From: Hydrurus foetidus
Lineage: Eukaryota
Assembly: GCA_900617105.1 (NCBI GenBank)
Contig: UYFQ01000418.1
Coordinates: 1 to 39,273, forward strand
Length of the DNA stretch: 39,273 nucleotides
Reading direction: 5' to 3'
The notes under the pieces were generated by a model, which made no database searches, had not been told where the DNA came from, and was given only the letters and a program-made list of their open reading frames with translations. Positions 31,611-39,273 of the stretch are shown here, piece by piece. The position numbers were made by a program, and so were the translations under genes. How positions within the stretch are numbered: the first letter of the stretch is position 1; every line of letters starts with the position of its first letter.

Positions 31611-34560
31611 ATGCCGTTATCCGATGACTCTTCGGAGATCTCGCCGTCGCTCGCCGAATTAACTACTCAAGTAGTTCCGGCAGCGACGACAGTTTCAAAA
31701 ACTCAGTCGACACCAACAGCGCCGACAGCAGTAGCTGCGTCTGATGGAACTGATCGACCGGTATTCCCAGTAACAATACTGGGACCTACCAACAGTTCCA
31801 ATCAGGCGCCGCCTAATCGTCATAACGACGACGACGACGACGTTCACACAACGCGACAACAAGACAATGTCACGTTGCGTTCGTCAGACGCAAACCGTCA
31901 ACAGACACGCCACAACAGCGACCCTGACCGGGATGATGACGACGGCGATACAAACCCTCGCCGCCGTATAGATTCACCCCCGCAACGATATCTCCGTCGT
32001 CAGGGCCTCGACAGTTACGACAACTCAACTCGTCGAAATAATCCCTTCGACGGAGATGCAACGGGCGACTATCCGCCTACTCCGAATCAACAGAGTGGTA
32101 GCGAAGACGGTGGTGACGTTAATCGTTACGATAACCGTCAACGCAACGATTCTAACCAGCGTCAATACAATGACGATAATCGAAACAACAACGATTATCG
32201 GCGTTTTAATGATGACAATCAAAGTCACAACGACAATCGTCGTAACTACGATGACTCCAACCCTCCCAGGGACAACCGTAATACGGGCCCTTCATACGGT
32301 ACGGAGCACCGTAACGACAATCGTCACGATAACGATGGACGTCAATATAACGATGATCGCCGCAACGACAATCAACGTCAGAGCGATAATCGTCGTTATA
32401 ACGACAATTACCGTCAGAATGACGACAGTCATGATTACGACAACGAGGGACGTCGCGGGTACAACACCCAATTCAATGACGATAACAGACGTCAATATGA
32501 CGATCGACGCAACAGCGACAATCGTCGCAACGACGACAACCCACGTCAGAATGACGGGCGTCGCGATAACGATAATCGTCAACAAGACGACAACCCTAAC
32601 AGGGATAATCGTAGAGACACCTTCCAACGTCCCAACGATAACCCCAAAGGGATAATCGTAATTACGAGGATTCTCGTCGTAATGACAACCCCAACAGGGG
32701 GAATTATTCTACGAATACTCGCAATTTCGATAATTTTCGCGACGACAACAACGACAACTTCCGTCAGGGAGATAACAACCCCAACAGGAGAAGTCGTCGA
32801 GAACCCCCACAGGGTTACGACGACAGTCCCCCAGGGAAAATCATCAAGGGGACGATCGTCGCCAACATGATACCTCGAACAGGGGCAATCGTAATACTGA
32901 CAGTCGTCAGTACAACGAAAACCAATATGAGGACGAACGTGCGACTGAGAGTCGTACGACTCCACGTGCGTCCATACGCGTGACCGACAACTCTAGATTG
33001 CTCGAGAGTCGCGATACGCGCATCCCCGAAGATGTGGGGACAGTAACCCGCACAGCGGATGCTCCTCGCAAACGCGCGTTACCCCCTCAAGAGGGTCCAA
33101 CGTCACGCAAGCGACAAGCCTCCCCACCAGGGTCACCGGAACGTCCTACGTACGTACGTACGTTTACTGGTGACACCGATTACAATCCCCAACCCCAACG
33201 AGTCATCCAGGAAATCCCACGGGAAATTCGGGTTCCGACCCCACTTCCCCTGGATCCTCCAGACATCGTGGTGCTACCCGCAACGGATCGCATCATCGAT
33301 TACGAGCTGCAAACAGCAGCGTTCCGAGCTGCAGGGGGCGGTCTGGACCCCAACGCAGCGCACCCAGTACGACCGCCGATACCACGGTATATACATGATC
33401 GTACGTCACCGATCAACGTACCCGCGGTACAGGTTGCCACACCCAGTGCGACCCCTACAGCGCTTGTAGTGGGTGGACGTGCTGTGGATGATGGTTCCCG
33501 ACCTATATCCGCTATTGCACTGCAAACGGTACTTTACGTTCTCAACGTGAATGCGTCCAGCATTATCGGACAGGATGCAGCGCGGGAGTTTTATGAGCAC
33601 TCCCAGCGCTGGACCAACAACTATGATGTTGGTCAAGTCATCTCGACTAAAGCAGTCAGATGCATTGATGATCAGATCCATACGGATCAAGATTATCCAT
33701 ACTCCGAGGAGACACGTAAAGTGTGGCTCCAAACTTTGACGGTCCCTCAAGTTGCGCACTTAGTCCTGCGCTACTTTCGCGCGGACACGCAACTCGGGCA
33801 GTCACTGGCGGAGCATTTCTCCGAAGTACATCTCGCCTTCTGTTACAACAAAAGAGAGATTGAGATGCGCTGCATGACGCAGTTTCGTGAGGTGGTTGAG
33901 AATCATGTACAAGTACATGGCACACTCAGCACTTCCGACCATGCCGCACTCACTCTTATTTTAGAGAAAAAGATGCCTCTTAACGGTGCCATCACCGCCA
34001 AATACAAAGAGCATAAGCGCGTCAACCCGCATGACGTGGACGATTGGGAATTTGCGATGCGTCGCTTCTTCTCCCAAGTCAATGCGGTACGACAGCTCCA
34101 GCTACACGTAGCGGCTTTCGGGGACCCCAACGACATTTACTGTCACCCCGCGAGACAAAATCCGTATGGGTTATCTCTCACGACTAACCCCAAAACCCTG
34201 TTGGTTGGTGCGGCACTCCCAGCATTACCACCGCTGGCACTGCCAACAACACCATTCCCGCAGTGTAACTCGTGTGGACACATGGACCATCTGCTTAAGA
34301 GTTGCCCACACATGTGGATGGTGGACTTGAACACCAACCACAATGTCCCGTGGGACCACTCCAACATGGGTCGCACGTGGGCACAGTACGGTCACGCGAC
34401 CTATCCTCTCCACGACCGCATCCCTGGTCTGGGCCGCTTCAAAATTCAGATACCCCGTCGTGAAACAAACTTCACTAACGAAGTACTGAATAAAGCCCAC
34501 CCCCAGGAGGTGGTCATAAGAAAAATACCAAGGGAACCCCAATCATGGGGGGAACTTTAA
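31611..34560 (+). pseudogene. Gag-like protein with a very long D/N/R-rich low-complexity N-terminus (frameshifts near 32647 and 32830) and a CCHC zinc knuckle
   Basis: DNRR-type composition continues across two single-base frame changes into ORF 32980-34560; CNSCGHMDHLLKSC is C-x2-C-x4-H-x4-C. Confidence 0.75.
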
Positions 34561-34612
34561 CCGGAGCGCCACCAACAAACCGCGATACGGTTCGGGTGGA
34601 CAAAACACCACT

Positions 34613-35928
34613 TTGGCCAACAACACCTCCATCAACGCAGCCAACAGTGGCCTACCACTCCCAGCCCCATACGATGGTACGTTAACTCATACCACGGTGG
34701 TGGATGCATTGGTAGTGGCGATACATGCGGCTAACACATGTAGCCCTACCGATACACCACCATCTTTATGTATACTCAACTCTGATATACTCATAACTGA
34801 TGCATTGGAGGTCTCAACCCCTTCCAATGCTATATCGGATAACATTAACGATGTTCTCCCCACATGTCTTCACGTGTTAAAGCCACCCCCTACCTCCCTG
34901 CCGCTAATCTCGGAGGTGCTGGCGGCGTGCCATAACCAGACCGACATGTCGGAAATACCGCTCATAGGTACGTTACCGTCTGACTCAATTGTAGCAGCGG
35001 TACACTCAACAAATCCTAATGAACTCCTCTCATTATTGGTGTTCAAGGATGAACGAAGAAGCTTGCAGGGACACGCCCCCACCACAGTCGCGTCAGCACC
35101 CCAGTCCACGGGACTTAGTCTTACAGCGCACGCGCTCCAAGACACGGGTAGCATGGCTGGCGATTTTGTTTCCAAATCACTGCTTGTCTCACTCGATGCA
35201 CTTGCTCATTGTTATGTGTCTTCAACCGCACTTAACGTTTGTAGCGGTCTCGATGGCACTTGTTATAGGTGTAATACCTTAGTCGATTTAGGCCTTACTT
35301 TTCTCGATGATAGTAATATTAAGCACACTATCTATATCACTTTTAGTGTTAATCCTTTTGCACAACTGGATCTGATCATCGGACGCAAGTCCCTGAATCA
35401 ACACAACTTGTTTGTGCTGACACCGACACGTATGGGCTTTGACCCTACGTTAGTCGAAACGTCACATAGCCCGGATGACATCGGTCTACTTCCCTTAAGG
35501 GCAGAGTCCGACATCGGTACAGATCCACATACCGACGTCTGTTGTCATCATAGTGACGCTGTCGGATCGCGTAGTCCTTGTACACAGTGTCGCCTGATTA
35601 CCGACACTGCTGACAATGGAGACGAAGGTCACTCGAGCACCCACCGTATTCCAACAGTGGGAGAAGAGTGGGGTCCATCTGCGCTATGGACGGGCAGTGG
35701 TCTTAACCGCCCCCCTTCTGAGACCGGGACGAGAGTGAACACAGTAACACTTAACGCCGCGAGCGTTTTGCCGTGCGGAATCTTGCCGTGCGGAATCAAT
35801 CTCAATGGAGATGAGATTGATGATGACAAAACGGATGCATTCGGTCCGTTTCTTTCTGCATTGATGAAAGACCCTACCCCAACAGGTAGGGCAAACGATG
35901 TCATCTCGACAATCACCTTTGGTGGGTC
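34613..35928 (+). pseudogene. pol N-terminus with a retroviral-type aspartic protease, cut off by element B
   Basis: ALQDTGSMAGDFVS and downstream LDLIIGR motifs; coding character ends at ITFGGS. Confidence 0.78.
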
Positions 35929-36494
35929 TGTTATAGTTTCCACTATGTATATATCACACGTACGTACGCACGTTGCTCACAACCACAAGTTTTTCATTCC
36001 AGTTTTCTGTTTCTGATTCTTAGATTGCTTCAATTCGTGATGCACTCGTTGCCTGTCAATCTCACTCACTTTTCATCGCTTTAAAACTTTAACTGAAACA
36101 CCTATACCGATACGGCTTCTCTTAGCCATCTCCGCTATTCTGGACTGACTTTCTTGTCAGCTAGAAGATCTTCGTCTCCTGCTTTCTTGCAGAACGAATC
36201 ACCGCTTTTCGTCACTTCACGACGTGCAACCGGCATAAAAGTACATTTCTCGTTCACGCACTTCGCGCAATCGAAAGACGCTTTCCTCGGAAAGTTTTTC
36301 AGTATCTTATCTCGTAGAGGCCTCGACCAATTTGCACAATTACTCTACTCTGAGAAGATTCGGACATAAAGCTACGCAAACTCCGAAGAAGCAAGAGTCA
36401 AGAAGATTTTGTGTAAGTCTTTGTTTCCAATCTGAAACTTCCGTCTACAGCCGATCTACAAATTCTCTTTTCCTATACTCTGGCTAGAGATTCC

Positions 36495-38131
36495 ATGTCG
36501 CTAAAGGATTCTACCAACTCTAAGGATAACAACCCAGCAGTGGATAGTCAACTAGACATGATGCTCATGTTCAAACAGTTCATGAAGTCAAGCCAAGAAG
36601 ACAGAATCCGCAACTCAAATGAGTTTACAGAGCTCCGATCAGCGATAGCCTTGATATCTAGAGGATCCCCGCAGATTTCACTCGATTCACCGATTCCAGA
36701 TCGAGCCAATGCCAATAGAAGATCTTCAATGTTCTTTGGCAGTCCGTTACCAAAGGAACGCGAATCGACAACGCAAACGCAAATACAAGTACTGCAAGCT
36801 GACATCATCTACGATAAAGAATTAAAAGTCAGCTCACTGCAAAGCAGCTACAACTCTTTACCTCCAAGTATTCTGGTCGCGAAGTCAGGACTGCACATAT
36901 GGTTGCGTTCTCGCTGCGCCCTCACGTTATTGCTTCATGGAACTCTTACTGCTTCAAGGAATCTCAAATCGCGGGATTGGAAGTAAAAGAAATTATGGTT
37001 GAGGACTGGTTATCCCTATCCAATGGTCAAGTTCAAGAAATCCTCGTTGAGTCAGCTCGACCTCGGACGCGAGAACTCTATTCTCGCGAGCTCGTACTCT
37101 TCCTTGGCAAAGGCATTCCCCAGACTCCGACAATCAACCCTGAAAACTTTTCGTCCACGTTCTATGCGCCTCTGATGAAATCCCTCAATGACCTCCTCCA
37201 TCTCCACGATTTGCTATCTGAAGAGACAAGCAATCACAGCAACAACAAATCCAAAATGCCTGTCCCTGGATATGGAACTCGTGATAGCCCTGGCCAGACT
37301 CAACTCTGGATCATATCACTCGGCAATCAGAAGGAAGCTGTTCTTCAATGGCTCGGCAAAGATGAGCTATCCAAGCACAAGACCCTAGCTCCCGCAGTCA
37401 AGTTTATTCGCTCTAAACTCATGGAAGGTCGTCTAAACAGCGAGGCTCGGCAAGACTTTGATTCCAAGCTCACACCCATTCGCTATGAAGACATCAGACA
37501 TATGCAAGGAGAATCAAACACAAGGCAACAGACGAACTTCAGTTCGAAGCCACTGAGCAAGCAACAGAACAAGATGCCTTTCTCAAGAGACCATCGTCCA
37601 CTTGATCATTTCTCTGCCATTCATTCCGCTGCACCAGATTCTTCATATCGTACCAGCTGTGAAGACGACAACTACTTTGATTCCAATGAAGATGGTGACA
37701 ACACGATCTACGATGAAGACAACAACGACTTCACCGATGACCTCGAGTATTCATCCATCTACAAAACGCCGACAAACTTTCAACACGACAATGAGCTATC
37801 CGCACTAGAGAATCTATCTTCCCGCAGTGCAATTGCAAGTACATTTCGCGGTTACTGTAGCGAGCTGTTCGTCTTTGGTTCTTGCCACCGTCGAGACTCA
37901 GGATGTACATTAGATCACACTTCATCTGGACAAGAGAAATGCATACACTCCTTCAATCTACTCGCGAAGAGAGACCTGACTCAGCATGGACAACTTCCGG
38001 CATTCAGCAACGCTACCACACCAGAACGATCAGGATCATTTAAACCATCTTTTCCTACCTCTCGTCAGGATAGCCGAATTCCGAAACCATACGCATCCAA
38101 TCAAGGCATGCGCTCACTCAAGAACAAGTAG
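36495..38131 (+). pseudogene. Gag-like protein of element B (frameshift near 36838) with a CCCH-type zinc finger
   Basis: ORF 36495 (…KELKVSSL) switches to the frame AKQLQLF…HMVAFSLRP; CSELFVFGSCHRRDSGCTLDH is C-x8-C-x6-C-x3-H; ends with TAG at 38129-38131. Confidence 0.7.
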
Positions 38132-39273
38132 GAGTTTGCAGGACCTTCTCTCACTGCAATGCAAGGAGAAGATCATCCTGCCGACAACCCCAAAATATTT
38201 GACCCAGACAATACCATATCGACGGCTCTCATTGCTCAACTAGCGTCTGCAATCTCAGTTGATCCAAAAGACCTGTGCCACCCGTTTATTCGGCCAGGAA
38301 CAATACGTAGTCCCGACGGATCCTCTACAATTGTTTTCGATAAAGGTCTACTCGACACTGGCGCCCAAGGCAGCAACTTCATTTCCGAAGACCTGTACTC
38401 GCGTCTGCCGGCCATCATTACCAATTTATCGAGACCCATCGATCGTGTTGTTCGACTAGGAGACGCACGACACCTCTTCATACAACTTGAGGTACCACTA
38501 AATGTCTCCATTACGGACTTCAATGGACAAGACCATGAACACACTCTATGGTACAGCGTCCTTAAAGAACTTAGCCATGACATCATCATAGGACTTGTTG
38601 ATCTCATCGGTCCTTTCTACACTCTGTTCGAGAACTCAGTTGCCACATCGCGCCATATCGCCAAGTCTCGTGATCTCGGTAGTCACCTATCCGCCTTGAC
38701 AACGACAATTATGACCTTAGCAACCAACGATCCAACTGACCATATGATGCAGCAAACTTCTGAGGCAATCAAGTTGGAACACACTGTCTACAAGGATCGG
38801 AAACGTTCAATCCAATCCAGCGTGAATACAACTGTGTCTCTCCTTGCTCTACAAGATGGCTCAACAGTTGAAACACTCCATCATCCTTTGCACGGCAACG
38901 TCTATGCTGACGAACGGATGGAAACAAGATACGACATCTTGACCTCACAATTATGCACCCCAACCACAGGTCTTGTCATGACACCGTTGTCCAATCCGAT
39001 TGATGCACTCGATCCCGAGGAACTCGATACGCCAGACCCTACCAGTTTCCCGGACGACATACTCGGATATCTCGCTACAACTCCTGAAAGTGCACGCGCA
39101 ATTTACCGCATCGATCTCGAGACCCATATCACAACTGAAATGCGAGAGGCTTGCCAGCATACAGTAGACCTACTGACATCAGAACTAGCATACGATGTGT
39201 TCGTACCGAGCACCTGGACTGGCATACGCATGGATCCATATCATCTCGGTACCAAACCCGGCCTTCCAGATCA
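38132..39273 (+). CDS. pol of element B (aspartic protease and linker toward RT), in frame with gag after a single TAG; partial
   Basis: Open frame from 38132 to the window end: EFAGPS...GLLDTGAQGSNFIS...HDIIIG...VFVPSTWTGI. Absent from the ORF track because it has no stop within the window. Confidence 0.85.

Larger units (their letters stand above)
30657..35928 (+). mobile_element. Gypsy-like LTR retroelement A (5' part: LTR/leader, gag, protease), nested in Copia-2 in opposite orientation
   Basis: Copia-2 coding sequence stops abruptly at a TG (30657); ~950-bp non-coding leader; gag with CCHC knuckle; DTG protease. RT is not reached, so the superfamily is inferred. Confidence 0.72.
35929..39273 (+). 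mobile_element. Gypsy-like LTR retroelement B (LTR/leader, gag, start of pol), nested in element A and running off the window
   Basis: Starts TGTTATAG where element A pol is interrupted; ~565-bp leader; gag-like ORF followed by a DTG protease. Right end and TSD lie outside the window. Confidence 0.75.

Noticed and set aside
15019..38131. Alternative genetic code explaining the in-frame stops
   Set aside because: The stops are of all three types and concentrated in TEs; long ORFs end normally in TAA or TAG and contain no internal stops.

Overview
Eukaryotic DNA with short (about 65-85 nt) GT-AG introns. The transposon families resemble those of stramenopiles, but the organism cannot be determined from the sequence. 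The first ~5.8 kb holds two convergent host genes: a SUN-domain nuclear-envelope protein and a TB2/DP1/HVA22 (REEP-like) protein with a probable C-terminal PH-like domain. The remaining ~33 kb is a dense transposon block. It contains (1) a full-length, young Copia LTR retrotransposon (324-bp LTRs, CCGTC target-site duplication) whose primer-binding site is complementary to its own LTR rather than to a tRNA 3' end; (2) a foldback/MITE with ~300-bp inverted arms; (3) a 5.1-kb pogo-type DNA transposon (22-bp TIRs, TA TSD) carrying an intron-containing stand-alone HIRAN gene; (4) a ~9.5-kb module with two paralogous, head-to-head, intron-containing Crypton-like tyrosine recombinase genes flanked on both sides by tandem arrays; (5) a degenerate second Copia interrupted by a Gypsy-like element with a hairpin-rich leader, itself interrupted by another Gypsy-like element whose gag and pol are separated by an in-frame UAG followed by a predicted pseudoknot. 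Several frameshifts fall in homopolymer runs and may be assembly errors. All family assignments come from motif recognition by eye; no database searches were run.
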